Assembly (NCBI GenBank): GCA_023213395.1 | Contig: CM041465.1 | Span: 201,693,741 to 201,757,740, forward strand | Direction of reading: 5' to 3' | Origin: Cycas panzhihuaensis | Lineage: Eukaryota > Plantae > Cycadophyta | DNA: 64,000 bases | Shown: one piece after another, positions 36,201-49,931 of the stretch | How positions within the stretch are numbered: the first letter of the stretch is position 1 | Layout: the number at the start of each line of letters is the position of its first letter | The notes under the pieces: generated by a model | What the model was told of the DNA's origin: nothing | The model's input: the letters and a program-made list of their open reading frames with translations, nothing else | Databases searched by the model: none | Position numbers and translations under genes: made by a program

Positions 36201-39200
36201 TTATAGTTTAAGTGACCAAATCTTTTATTCCATATAGTACTCTCAATTTTTATGGTTGTCTTCAAAACATAGGATGGAGAGATGACAAGTTTAAATAGAT
36301 TATCCTTTGTCATTTTTCCTCTAGCAACAATTGCTTTATTTTATCTTTTGTCTTTGATAACACACTCGCCATTGTCAAAATGACTCTATAATCATGACCC
36401 ATCATCTGTCTCACTGATAAGAGGTTCTTCCTTAATGTTGGAATATATTACATGTTCTCAATGTATTTAGTTTCTCTAGAATTAGTTTGGAGGGCTATGT
36501 TCCCTTTGCCAACAAATTCATGTGTTGTGTCATCTCCAAACATAATGGAAACCTTTTTTGATGTGTCCATAGTTTGAAACCAACCCTTTTTGTGAGTCAT
36601 GTGGGTTGAACATCCAGAATCAATGTACCAACTATTATCTTAATCTTTATTGGCTAGAAAGCAAGATAAAAGTAGCCAATTTTCTCTATCTTGTACTGTA
36701 GTATTGGCACTTCCCTTATTAGATGGTCCATGTTTGACAAAACACCTATCTTCAGTGTAACCAGTTCTATTACAAAAAGTGCAATATAAGGAATCGTTTC
36801 TCCCATAACTAAGACTTCTACTTTGAGGATATGATCTATCAATATGTTATTGCCTTCCTCTTTCTTCATGATGAGGTGGATGCTCCCTTCGTCTATAATT
36901 TGGAGGAGGGAGATTTGTTCTTTATGATGATGTATCCCTTTGACAATTTTGACAACATTGGTGTGGACTTTGGTGTCTTTCTCCACTTTGATATCTAGTT
37001 GGCCTTGTATCTCTTTGATTAGCTCCATGTCTTTGATGGGCAGCTATCTTTGTTGTCTTTATTGATGAGGTGCATATCTGGAATTTCTATTCTTTTCCTT
37101 TGGAGAATGATGCCCAGATTTAGAATGACTTGCTTGACAATGAGATTGGATCCTTGCCTTAGTGGCAAAAGCATATTCAAGAGATTCATTTGATGCCTTC
37201 TTTTCTTCAATAGCCATTAACATGGCACCCAATTATTCTATCTTAACAGTACTTAAATATTTTGAGACCTCAATGCTGGTGGCTATCATTTCAAAGGTAG
37301 GTATGGCACTAACACATCTTAAAATTCTTTCAATAACCCTTTGTTCGTTAGGGTCTCGCCAAAGGATCTCATATGATTAACGACATCTTCTACCTTAGTT
37401 ATAAAATCTGTAACTAATGCATTTGAGTCCATCCTTAGGTTTTCAAATTTGATCCTAAGGGTTTGAAGCTTGAATGAGACCACTCCTTCATAGATCAATT
37501 GTAGAGTATCCAATACTTTCTTTGAAGTAGTTGCTTCACTCATCCTTGGAAAAATTTTATTATCAATAGAACAAAATAATAATGCTAGGGCCTCATTATC
37601 TTTCTTGACCATTTCTTTGTATACCCTCTTTTGTTCATTTGTGGCTTGGTCACCTGGATCTTTATAGATTGTCTGAACTACATCCCATAATTCCTTTGAT
37701 ATGAGGATAGATTTTACTTTTCTACTCCAATTTAAGAAATTTATCCCATAAAAAACTGGAGTAGTCATATTTCTTATACTTGTAGCCATGTTACTCAACT
37801 TAGGTTATGATAAAAAATATGTTTATCCTACCAAGGTTTTGGTTAAATAAATAAATACATAAATTTTTTTCAAATTTAACCTAAAGTTTAAAGTGTACCT
37901 AGTCCCTATATAAGGTTTGCTAGGTTATAAGTCTATGTGTCTCCTAGAGTAACCTTCGGTTGCTATCTTATCTAGTGGTGCCTACCCACATATGGTAAAA
38001 TAAGGATCCAATATAGTGATACGTGGGCACTAAGCTCTATATACCTCAGTACGCGGGCTGCTAAAAAGGCTTTTACACCCCCCTTAAATTGTTGACTCAC
38101 CTACGTAAGACTTATACCTAGCGATAGATTTAGCGGTGAAGGTTCACAAACTAAGGCACTCACCCTCTCCAAGTCTAACGTTGGGCTGCAAACATCACAA
38201 ATGGAATTGGTTTTGCACCTCAACCTACCACTAAATATACTTGATAACCAAAGGCTTTCCTCATCCAATATGAGTAGGCCAAGTGGCATGTGCGAGGTGG
38301 TAACTTCAGGGGTCTTAATTGTTCCCCTTGCAAGGCTAGAATAAAGGGTGGCAGTTCAGGTATTTATCTTATTTAATGTGAGAAAAAAATTATTACATGT
38401 GGTCTTTCTTACAAACAAAGTCCATTTTAGAATTAAAAAAAAAAAGAAATAAACCTTAAAAAAAACTAAATCAAATTTCTTTCAATACTCAAATATTAAT
38501 TTGAAAGGTAAAGTATGAAATATCTTTTTCAATAAAAGAATGCTATCAATCTCAAGAAAAACTTTTATAAATATAAATGACCAATTTCTCAATAAAAAAA
38601 TTATGAATAAATTTAAATCTATATTCACTCTTTTTGACCAATCAAATGTTTTTCTCAAATAAAAAAATGATTATTTAACTTCAAAAAAGAGATTCAATTT
38701 CCTTTTTAAAAGTATATCTATGAAAACCCTTTTTTAAAAAAGAATAATTATTCAATTTCAAAAAAATCTAAAATTCACTTTTCTTTCCAAAAAAAAAAAT
38801 GTAAGCATGTAAAAAAATAAAAAAAATAAAGAATGTTATCTTTGCACTTTTAGAAGAAATATCTCTTTTTCAACTTTGAAAAGAAAAAAAAAAAAACTTT
38901 TGAACCTTTAAAAATAAAGAATGTCCCCCCTTTGAAAAATTAGATTTCTTTGTAAAGAAATAAGGACTTCTTTAAAAAAAATTAAAATAAAGATAAAAAT
39001 AGATTCTAAATGAGACCCAATGATTTTTCCTTTTAGATTTGAAATATAATGAGTGAATTTTCTAGATGACAACTAATCAAGTTACTTAAAAACAAATTAT
39101 TTTGAAAATGAATGGGGGTCAAAAATCTTTTAATAATCATAAAAGGGTATATATAAACTTTTAATCAAACTCAAAAGGACTTTAAATAAGATTAAATTTG

Positions 39201-41386
39201 ATAAAAGTGAAGTAACTATGACAAGAAATACCTGGTTGCTAAAATAAATAAGAAAGGGGCTCATTTTGCTCTAAAGACCCAAAATTAGGTTAGATGAGCT
39301 ACAAAATCCCTTAAAATGTCAATGAATACCAGCAAGTCTGATTAATAATCAATAATATACAAATAATATCAAGCAAAGTATATTCAAAATGAGAAGAAAA
39401 TATAACTAAAAAAGCTTTTAAAAAAGTCCAACTAGGACTTGAAAGTAACCTCAACTTCAATAACTTAGAGCACCTGAAAAATAGATTCAAAATGAAATAA
39501 AAATAACTTAAAACTATATATCTCTGAAAAATCTTTCACTAAAATTAGACGATACTCAATTCTGAGCTATGAAGCTCAAGATATTAAAGAAACCGTTAAA
39601 AGTGTCATTCTAAAGTTAATAAAATAGGTAGCACAAACAAGGTAAACTTTGACCTACTCAAACATGCAATACAATTAGTCAAATTAATAAAAAAAAAAAC
39701 CTTCAGGTAGTAGTGCTCTGAATTAAGATTCCAACGAATCTTACAGTTTGGAAATCTGATTTCTAGTTGTGGAGATACAACTAAAAATGTAAGTAGTAGT
39801 TTTTATGTAAACATGTTAAAAACACTAAAGTGTCACTTTCACTAATTAAAATAATGATTAAATCAAATCCTAAAAAAAAAAAAAATAGACAGTGATGAAG
39901 TTTGCTAAAAATATATCACTACATAGTGGATTCGAGTAAAAAATAATCTCTCGGTGATAAACTATAACCTGACAAAGAAGAGATTTTGTAATAATAACTC
40001 AAAAAAACTTTGAAAAAAAGATAATTAACTTTACCTCATTAAAATCAAATCAAACCTGCTCTAAAGGTAGCAAATAACCAGTCAAAATTATAGCCCACAA
40101 AATTTTGGACTCAACAAAACTAGTTTCATCAGAAGTCAAGACCTTAGTGAAAGGTTATTCCGAAAATAAGCTAAGTACCCTATGTATTAATAAAAAATTA
40201 AAAAAAGAAAAAGAAAAAGAAAATAGTTTATAACTTAAGATAAACCCCTTTAACAATGAGTTAAAGGTCACTTGAATCAATGTGATCGAGGGCTTACACC
40301 ACAAAGGGGCTATAGGCCTTAATAAAGGATTTCAAATATTATGAAATAAGATTTGATTTTTAATAAACTTTGTAATATGAAATAAGATGACGATGTGAAC
40401 GACAACTGTGCAGAGGTGAAAACTACGAGATTAGACAATCAAGATGGATCGAACCAGGCATAGAGTTGTATGCAGATGGAGATACGATGACTCTACATGC
40501 AGATCAAACTAAGATTCATAAAAATAATTCAAGAAAACTGTAAAAAATAATGTAAAAAAGATAAAACTTAAAAAACTAGAACCGAGGTTGGATCTTACCA
40601 ACAAAAAGACGGGTTGTCATGAAATTTCAAAGGGTGTTAGATGTTTATGATGACTAGTTGTTGGTAAAATTTTGTGACAAATGGAGTTGTGTAGAGGAAG
40701 AACAAAGCAGAACAAAAAAAGGCCCAAAAATAGAAACTGAAGTTCAATGAGTGATTTCTCCCTTCACAGGGCACGAAATCATGAACCATCTTTTTCAATA
40801 GGTAGATTTCTCAGCTACCAGTCCAGTGAGCAGTGATATGAGATAGTTTTGCTCAACGGTTTGAGCACAGGACTGAAAAGACTGTAAGTCACCCAAATAT
40901 TGATTTTCAACGGTAAATATATTACGTGAACAATAAAAAAAATTAATGAAATATAATCAATAAACCAAAGTTGAACTATAGTCAAATGAAATATGTATCA
41001 ATAAATCAAACCAGCATTAATCATGTCAAACGTGCATGACTATGATACCAAATATTGGCACAAGAGAGCAGAGCGGGTTAGGACACCATTGTGTGCAGAT
41101 CAACAACTTTCCAAAAATAATCGAAGACAGTGTTAAAAAACACCTAAGGTGCATGGCAGCCCTTTAAATAGATTTTGGAGAGGCGCCTAAGCGCCTCAAC
41201 CCTCCTTGCATGTTAGCCGATAATATTCAAAATTAATATTAAAGTAAATTAAAATAATATAAGCATACCTAATATATTGGCCAAGGATGACAATAGGCAA
41301 CTCTAGGTGCCCTTCAGAGCCCCAAAGGTGGCTTTAAGGGGCCCTAGGTACATGTAACCTTAGGCCATTGGGGGGTTATGCCAACA
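33294..41386 (-). mobile_element. Full-length decayed Ty1/copia element E2 with a ~3.2-kb 5' leader
   Basis: 334-bp LTRs at 33294-33627 and 41053-41386, perfect TSD TTATG, PBS at 41039-41050, PPT at 33628-33640. Gag starts near 37789, followed by Zn knuckle 'CTFCNRTGY', protease 'WYIDSGCSTHMT', integrase ORF 35843-36313, RT ORF 34187-35257 and RNase H to ~33650. Confidence 0.96.
37930..38340 (-). other. Conserved structured module in the E2 5' leader
   Basis: GC-richer island homologous to 15190-15530, with the identical 22-mer at 38147-38168. Confidence 0.75.
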
Positions 41387-42432
41387 TTATGAACCACCTT
41401 GAAGAAATAATTAACCAATTATTTTCAATGGCCTCATCGCATCTATGGAAAAACCCTATGTTATGCATATAAATATACATCCAATTGTAATATTTATCAT
41501 CGCTTATTCTTTTATCAATTAATTAATTAGTTATTTGATTATTAATTCAAGTGTGCATGTGCTCTCAATTGCTCTTTGAAACCTAGAATTTGCCTTTGTT
41601 ACAAACAAGGTTTGTAACAAGTTCAATATTTTGGGAGAACATTTTTTGAGCCTATCATTTGTCTATTTTTTTAGAGCATTTTTTATATCATTTTAGAACT
41701 TATTTTAGTGCCTAGTTTTGTGATCTGCATCATGTCTTTCTTAAAGAAAATTTCAAGTTTTTTAGGCTATTATAATTACTAGTTTATGAAAATTATTTGA
41801 GGCTATTACATTGTATTTTGGTTGAGTTGTAAAGGGCCATTTTGAAGGTACAAATATGAAAATGTTAATGCCAAAAATGACAAATTTGATGTGTTGAATC
41901 TTTTTTCTTTTTTTGTTAGTTATATTTTGGTGTATGTGAAACCAAAATAACATCATGTGTAGGCATTCTTGTTGAAGATCATAAGAAATGTTTTCTTGAA
42001 GTTGTAGACTGAAGGAAAAAAAAAAGAGCAGTTTAATTACTCATGCAGGCATGATCACCCCACAAAGATAACATGTATGTTATAAAAAATGAGAAATGAT
42101 AATTAAAAAACATGAAAAAAAAATAAAGAAAAGGTATTTTTTTAATGGCAACCACAATGTATTTTGCAGTAGCTACTGTAAAACCCTATAAGGTTAATGT
42201 CAAAAGAATGAATATATGAAAAAGTATAAAAGTTATTATGCTATTGAAAGTCTACTATATATGTGTGAAAATAAAAAATCTCCTTAAGATTCATGTCTAA
42301 AATAGTAAAATATATATTTATTATGTTTATTGTAAAGGGCTAAACTAAATAATTACTACATTTATCCTTTAAATCCATTATCTGGTTTATTGGAGTATTA
42401 CTAAGTATGCTCTCTAAAATGTCTTATATAAG

Positions 42433-42450
42433 TGTGTGTGTGTGTGTGTG
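42433..42450. repeat. (GT)n microsatellite
   Basis: About 9 GT units. Confidence 0.9.
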
Positions 42451-44771
42451 AATCCTTCTTGTGGAAGGGTCCAGGAGGACCACTAAATTTGTTCTCCAAA
42501 TTTGTAGTTTGGCTTTTTGCATTGTAAAATAAAAATATAGATATAAAATGAAAGGACATCAAAATAGGCTCATAGGGCCAAGTGAAGATATAGCGGCAGT
42601 TGCTTATACAAAAGGAAAAAGAATTGCTCGAAGAGGGATTTTCACATGGAGTAAAAGAGAGAAGGAGAACATATGGGTTTCACCCATTATAGCAGCGATA
42701 AATGTTGAATAAACAATGATTAATGAGAACCCATGGAGATAGAGAATCCCTTAAACACTTGGGCAAAGAGGTCATTTAAGTGTAGATTCATAATTCCCAG
42801 TAGTTGCCCATGATAAGGACACATCAATAATGAATTACATACTGTGAAATGATGATATACTAGAGTTCAAGGGGTAAAGAATGTGAACTCATGCTAGCAT
42901 AGTAAATGGCATTATGAGAATTAAATGGCGAATAATAGATTAAGTGACAATAAACATCAAGATGGAGAGAATGTCATCATAGTGCCAACATAGGAAAACA
43001 TTAATGGAAGCATAGGAGAGTTGTCAAACGAAGGAGATTTACATTTTAAAAGAGTCATCACATAAAGAAGATCTAAACATCACCCTATTTGTTAATTCAT
43101 AATAATGTGTTAAGTGTCACAGATAGCACAAGAGAACATGGAGCACACACAGGACATTAAAACCCAACCATGATGATTTAGATATCACAATGATGGTGTA
43201 CTATCTCTACGACATATAATAGGGATGAGAGATTAACTAGATTCAATATTTTGGTAGAAGATAATGGTGCCTTTGCATGCAACTAAAAAATTCATGAACT
43301 CTTAGTAGACTCGTTTATTTATTTGTTTGATATATTATTATTTTATGTAGCACACATAAAAAAATTTAACTAGGTATTGAAAAAAATTATAAGTGCAATT
43401 TAAAATTTAATTGAATTTTATAAATTTTAAAGTCTGTAAAGCCACCTATAAATAAGTGCTTAGTTACATAGCGACATAGTATGATCAATAATTTAGCACA
43501 AAAAGAGTTAAGCCCTAAATTTTTAGCCTCTTATTTCTTTGGGACATATGTTCATTTTTTCAGTGATATCTTGATCATACAGAGTCCATTTTTAATTTTA
43601 GAAGACGTGTTGAATTCTTGGTTTAACCCCTTTAAAAAGTTATCATTTTATAAGTGTTTCATTATTTTAAGGCATATTTATCTTTTTTAAAGGTTTCAAA
43701 ATCCCTTTATGATTATTTTATTGTCATCATATATACTCAAATGAGAAGGAAATATGAAATTGTATGACATAGGCTATATTTAGGCTCTAGAAAACCTCAT
43801 TTTATAATAAATTTATCAAATTTTGTTATTAGAGAATAATATTTAATATTTATTAAATCACAACTATTTTATATCATGTTTTATCATATATATGACATTG
43901 TTATTGTTATTGTTAGATATGTATTAGCCCATAGAGATAAAATATTCATATATAAGACTAAGAAGGTCCTTTATCATGTAATTCTAGTCATATATGTTGA
44001 TGACATTATATTTTTGGCTAATAGATAATGATAAAGTTACATATTGTCTTATTTGATAAGAGTTGGGATATTCTTTTAGCTTCTCTTATATTATTTTCTA
44101 GTTCACTTGTTTAGCCACGTGACACAACATGATCCCAAAGGGATATTGATATGGCACTTATAGAACCACATATTTGAATGACCGACTTAGAGAATTAGTA
44201 GTCATGGTGGTTGATTATCCATATGGTTTGGTAGATGGAGCTTCCTTCATATAGACATTAGGAACAATTTATGTTTATTTCTAGTAACTTAGTTCAAAAA
44301 AATATTTGAAGAAAATTTGTATTATTAATATATTTGATATGATATTTAATGTTATATAGTTGTATATTATAAGGAGGAAAGTTAGATATAATATCTAATT
44401 ATATTATATGTTATTCATAACCCCTTCATACCCTCTTAATATTTTATGAATATTATATTATGGTCACTTTAATATGTGTATCACTTGAGAAGTATATTAG
44501 TATACGAAGGTTGATTTAGAGTATTCTCCACATAAGGTAAGATATTCTATAGATATGTACTTAATTCTTTTAATAATTTGAAGCTTGATAATTCATCACC
44601 TATCTATTATACATATATTTATAACATATTTTATCTTTATTATGTTTATTTGTCCATTTTACACACATATATTTTATCTATATTTGGTTAATTCATCATT
44701 ATTTATTGTTTCTATATCAATCTTCCAACATAGTGGTATCAAGGCATTAGGCTCAGAGCTAACAATGTTAC

Positions 44772-47725
44772 TATAGCAATTATGTTTCTTTAAGGAGAAG
44801 TTGGTATTCAGTTTTTTAATATTAAGAAGTTAGCATTTTACTATTAATATTATTATTGAAGTTAATTTTTTAATAGAAAGCCATATTAGCACATATAAAT
44901 AGGGGAAACTTTTATCTCATTATATAAATTTTATTTTTAGATTAATCTTAATTTTATTTGGCACTTGTTGCATGGAGCAATTTACCTATTCAACTTTCAT
45001 TTTAGTTTTCTTTTTGTGTTGATCCAATTTAGAACCACTTCAAGTAGTATCAAAACTTTGTTTTTGCTCTATCAAGGATCTATATTTTCAAGAATATAAA
45101 AAGAAAATATTTGAAAAAATAATTATGAATTTGAGTTGACTCAACATGTTCTATAAATTTTAAGTGGTTATATTGTAGTTTTATTAGTGAAATTATAAAA
45201 ATTGTAGTGAATTTAATTTTGGCTTATTGTATGTTGTTGTCTTTAGGGCATAAAATTTGCTACTATAACTTTAAATAGCCATAACTTTAGCTATAAGTAT
45301 CTAATTAATCTTAATATTGTTTTAAATATATGCATATCAATGTCTACTTTCTATTAGAAGTAGCTTTAGCTCCATTGGATATCAAAGCAAAACATTATTA
45401 GAGTTTTAATAATAGGTACTACTGTAGTCCTAAAGAAAACTAATTGTGACCCACCTTAAAAGGGTTACAACTTCTGCTACAGGTATTAAAATTTGATTTT
45501 GCCTAAAACATTAGAATTTTGATTCAAAGGCCATAATTTTGAACTATTATTTGATATATTTTGGGGCTGATTTAATATAATAATTATATTTTGAAGTGAA
45601 TATCTAAAGATAAAGCTAGATATTCTTTTTTTAATTAAAGATGGAGGAGTTCAACCTATAGAGTAGTTGGACATAGTAAAAAAGGTCTTTAATATATGAC
45701 TCCACATAGAAAGAAAACTATTTTCTTTATATATTTGGGAATATATAGATGGTTAAGCTTAGGAGTGGGTCATTCAAAGACCTTTGGATTATTACCTTGA
45801 TTGAGAATATTTCTCATGATCTTTTATCATAAGGTTTGAAGATAGAATTTCAAAGTGATGGCATGAACACTAGAGAAACTGAACTAATAAAGGATTTGTG
45901 AACTTAAGAATAAATGTTGAAATAAAGACAATGAAAAAGATCATCAAGATGCACTTCAAGAAATCTTAGCTAGATTAAAAGCCCTTAAGGAGGATATAAA
46001 AAATTATATGAAAATAATTAACTTAGGGGAAAAACAACCCAATGAGGAGTTTATTGAGGAGTAACACAAAGAGAAGATAAGTGATATACACAAGAACTGG
46101 ATAATCAAATTGAAGAACAATTTAACAAGAAGCTTACTCATGAGAAATACGATGCAGACAAATCAAGTGAGGAAATATATATTAGTGAGCAAATCGAGTA
46201 AGAATTAGAGATATAAGATAATTCTAAAAAGGAACTTGCTTTAAATTCTAATCATATCTTGCATTTATCTAATTATTTTAAAAAATCTTTGTTTATATTG
46301 ATTTCCCAAGTTTTATAGTCTTGAAAATCCTCACCCCTCCCACTTTAGCCACAAAATCTTGTAGATAAACTAAAACTTAAAGCCCTAGGCCCTCTACTCC
46401 TATTAGGTGAAATTCCTATTCTACTTAAGGTACCTTTTCATGTCCCAGACCTTAGGAAGCCTCTTTATAGCCACCTCTATACCCCTCATCTTTCAACCCC
46501 CTCTCATTAAGATTCAACCTTTAATACTATCATTATACACCCCATTTACAAAGTATTACCTTTTTTTTCATTGCATCTCCTTTTCCTCCCACCATTAACT
46601 TTCTCACTACCCTATATGTTTTTTAATTAGCCCATTGCATTACTCTATAAACCACCTTCATATGTCATTACTAAAACCCTTTTCTCATAAGGAATGCCTA
46701 GCTATAATTTTCCACATGTTTCCCATATCTCCATCAAATCCTAAATTCACTCATAGGCCTAGATTCATTCATCTTACATTCTTTATAATATCGCATTCGC
46801 CATCTATAAATTCTTTTTTACCTCTTACATAGTCTAGCCATTATATAACCCATTCCCTATTCAAATCTTCATATATAGTTCCCCTAAGTACTCCTTCTGG
46901 TATAACTCATCTATTCCTTATGTTTCTCATTTCCCTATATATATCCCCCCATGCAACTTATACCTCTTATTCTACATCTTTTGCATGAAATTTCATGCTT
47001 ATATTCCTATCTTTTATTTCCAAAGTCTACCTTCCCAATATAATTTTTATATTTCCTACCTTTCCCTCATAATCCCTTAATTATCCCTTAAGGGCAATTA
47101 TAAGTAGATACAATATATAAGTGTAATACAAGACCTTATAACACACATGTCTTAGGATCAACTAAAAAGAGAGTTACATATAAAAGCATTTCTAGATAGA
47201 GCATTATCATAAATAGTAAGAGGTTATGTATGGGTTGCTTCGAGATAATGAGAAAATAGAGAACCTTAAGTATATAATATTTAAAGCAGATGGAGGATTA
47301 AAGATGTGTGCATAAAGACATATATACTCTAGACTTCTAAATGATAAAATTATAAATACTTTGTAGGCAAAGTATTATTTGTAAGAGGTATGGATTGTAT
47401 TAGTCCTATTCCTTTAAGGAGAAGTTGGTATTTTATTAAAAGTTAATTTTTAGAAAGTAGTACTTTTAATTAATATGAAGTTAATTTTTTATATTAAGGA
47501 GTCAGTATTTTATTATTAATAGTATTATTGAAGTCGATTTTTTAATAGGGTATTATATTTGACACTTATAAATAGGGAAGACCTCTATCTCATTATGCAA
47601 GTTTTATTTTTGGGTTAATTCTAATTTTATTTGGTGCTTGGTGCCTAGGGTAATTTGTTTATTCAACTTTCATTTTAGTTTTTATTTTATGATTGTGGAA
47701 GTAGATTAAATTTAAGATCACTTCA
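44772..47725 (+). mobile_element. Non-autonomous LTR element E6 (~2.95 kb, TRIM/LARD-like)
   Basis: LTRs at 44772-45042 and 47396-47725, TSD GTTAC/ATTAC, PBS 'tagtatcaaaac' at 45045-45056, purine tract before 47396. No pol motifs recognised internally. Confidence 0.85.
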
Positions 47726-49931
47726 ATTACTTTGATCATAGAGCTTATTAATACTATAGTGAAAGACAAAAGTACCATAAATACCTACTTTAATAAAATA
47801 ATTGACTTGAAGAAGAAATTGAAGGAGATCAAACTTGATTTAGTAAATGACAAGTTGTTATGTGTGATAATCATGTTGAAATTATTAATAATTTTTAAAA
47901 CCTTTCAAACCATCTACGTAAAGGATAAAGTAATAGATGGCAAATTATTTAAGTCATCGAAGAGTCTCCTTTTGGCTAAGGATGCTACATTGAAACACTA
48001 TGGTTTGCCCAACAGTTTGGAATTCAACCATGCCTTAGTCATAAAGACACAAAGGAGAGATGATGTTTAGAAAGAAAAGTATGAACAAAAATTAGAAGTA
48101 GAAACTTAGGAGAAGAAGAAGTTTATAAAAAAATGTAATTACTATGAGAAGAAGGACATAAGGAGAAAAACTTCAAAAAGTGAGATAAATGTAAAGCAAA
48201 TTAGGATGATAAGGAGAAGAGTGTTGTGGCTTATTGTATGGAAGTGTCATTCTTGTCAACCAAATCAAATTAGAGAAATTATTAGATTTTAGACTCATGT
48301 ACGTAGAGACACATCTCTGTTTAGAAACAAAACTTTAATGCATAGAATGTTGGTTTTAGTAATATAAAATTCATTCTTAGATATATGAGCATAGTGCTAG
48401 TTGAAAGTTTTAGTACTATTTCACTTGTAGGTGGAAAATTCAATAGGGTATATTACACACCATAAATAAAAAGGGCTCATCTATCAACCTAGGAGATATG
48501 TAAATAAGATATAAAGGTTGAGCTCTTTAAAAATAAATGCTTAACCAAGGATTTTAAGTAAAATTTCTTTGTCATTATTATTAAAAATGTGAAGGATGAT
48601 TTTTAGATGTTTGAAGCTCATAATTATACCTATGCTTTTGTTATTGACACAAATGGTATGAGTAAACTATAGTATGAATGCCTTAGTCATTTTAATTATA
48701 GAAATATTATGCTTATGAAATATTTAAAAATCATGGAAGGGTGAATGAATAGGAAGCATCACCTAATATTCTTTTACTTAGGATTATGCATGGAGAGCCA
48801 ACGAGAAGATATAGCCCATATATACCTATTTGATAGGTCTGCTCTCAAACCCTTCAATACATAAAGCTCACTATATTTTGGTGTTTATAGACAATTATAT
48901 CAAGAAGACATAGGTATATTTTCTAAAGAGTAAATCTAAAAGGTTCAACTACTTTAAAAAATAGAAGGTACATGTTAAGAATGAGTGTGATAAGAAAATT
49001 AAGATTTTCAAGAGTTATTATTATAAGGAGTATGATAATTATCCCTTTAATCAATTCTATTTAGATTATAATACTAAGTGAGAACTAATCATATTATATA
49101 CCCCACAACAAAATGGTATTGCTGACAAAAAAAACCATACCATGATAAAAATGGAAAGGTTTATGGTGCATATAAAGAACTTTTCACTTATATATTATGC
49201 AGAAGTTGCTAGGATTGAATAGAGTACGAACAAAAGTAGTCAATGGCATGACTCCTAAAGAGAAATGGATGAGTCATAAGCCTACCATAGACTATTTGAA
49301 GACTTTTGGGTGCATTACATATGTACACATCTTAGGCGAAGAATGAAAAATTTTGGATCATAACAGTAAGAAGTATATCTCCATGGTGTACAATGATATG
49401 AGTAAAGCTTATAGATTATGGGATCCAGTAGAGAATAAACTTCTTATTAATAAGAATATAATGTTTGATGAGTCTATGATGTATAATGCTAAAAATACAT
49501 CATATGAAGAAATCTCTTTCCCCCAACTACTTCAATTTCCTATTGGTGCTTCATTAATAGTAGAGGTTAAGGAACAAAGCACTATGGTTTAAAAGGAAGA
49601 AGGACCGAGTGAAGAAGATGGCATTAAGAAGTTATTGCATGAGGAGACGTCATTAACATTAGGCGATTTGATGTCATTATGGGCCAAGAGGACCATTAAA
49701 GATTCAATTGTAATGGTACAGAACCTTTTAGATGGATAAAGACTAAGAAGCTAACATACTAGTTAGACTTTAATGGTTAACACCATAAACTCCCATAATC
49801 CTATTTTATATGATAAAGCAAAATATGATCCTTATTTTAGGGCTATTATAGAGGAAGAATTTGGTTCTCTAATCAGAAGTACTATATAGAAGTTGGTCTT
49901 ATTACTTGCTAATAAAAACTTTATTGATTGT

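Larger units (their letters stand above)
29109..41485 (+). mobile_element. Non-autonomous LTR element E7 carrying a BRCT gene fragment; its 3' LTR is interrupted by E2
   Basis: The 5' LTR starts 'tgttacaaaccacctt' at 29109 and ends near 29360. After PPT-like 'aagaaagggg' the 3' LTR starts at 33287 ('tgttatg') and resumes at 41392 ('aaccaccttgaagaaataattaac') up to ~41485. The end of this LTR and the TSD were not found. Confidence 0.75.
28702..44764 (+). mobile_element. LTR element E5 (copia-derived, defective), nested in E4 gag
   Basis: LTRs at 28702-29085 and ~44380-44764, perfect TSD ATGTT (28697-28701, 44765-44769), PBS 'tggtattaaagt' at 29089-29100, PPT 'aaggaggaaa' at 44371-44380. RT remnant 'YVDDIIF' near 43993. 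Confidence 0.85.

Noticed and set aside
37930-38340. Hammerhead ribozyme, self-splicing intron or dicistrovirus IGR-IRES identity for the leader module
   Set aside because: No complete CUGANGA/GAAA core or other diagnostic motif set in the right order was seen by eye. An Rfam search is still needed.
44371-44745. PPT-LTR-PBS read as a tandem (head-to-tail) element junction
   Set aside because: LTR homology continues to 44764 and is closed by the TSD ATGTT, so the PBS-like motif is internal to the LTR.
44779-44790. Alternative E6 start at 44783 with a 4-bp TSD ATTA
   Set aside because: The 3' LTR begins right after the purine tract at 47396 and aligns to 44772, giving a 5-bp TSD and an in-frame host gag junction.
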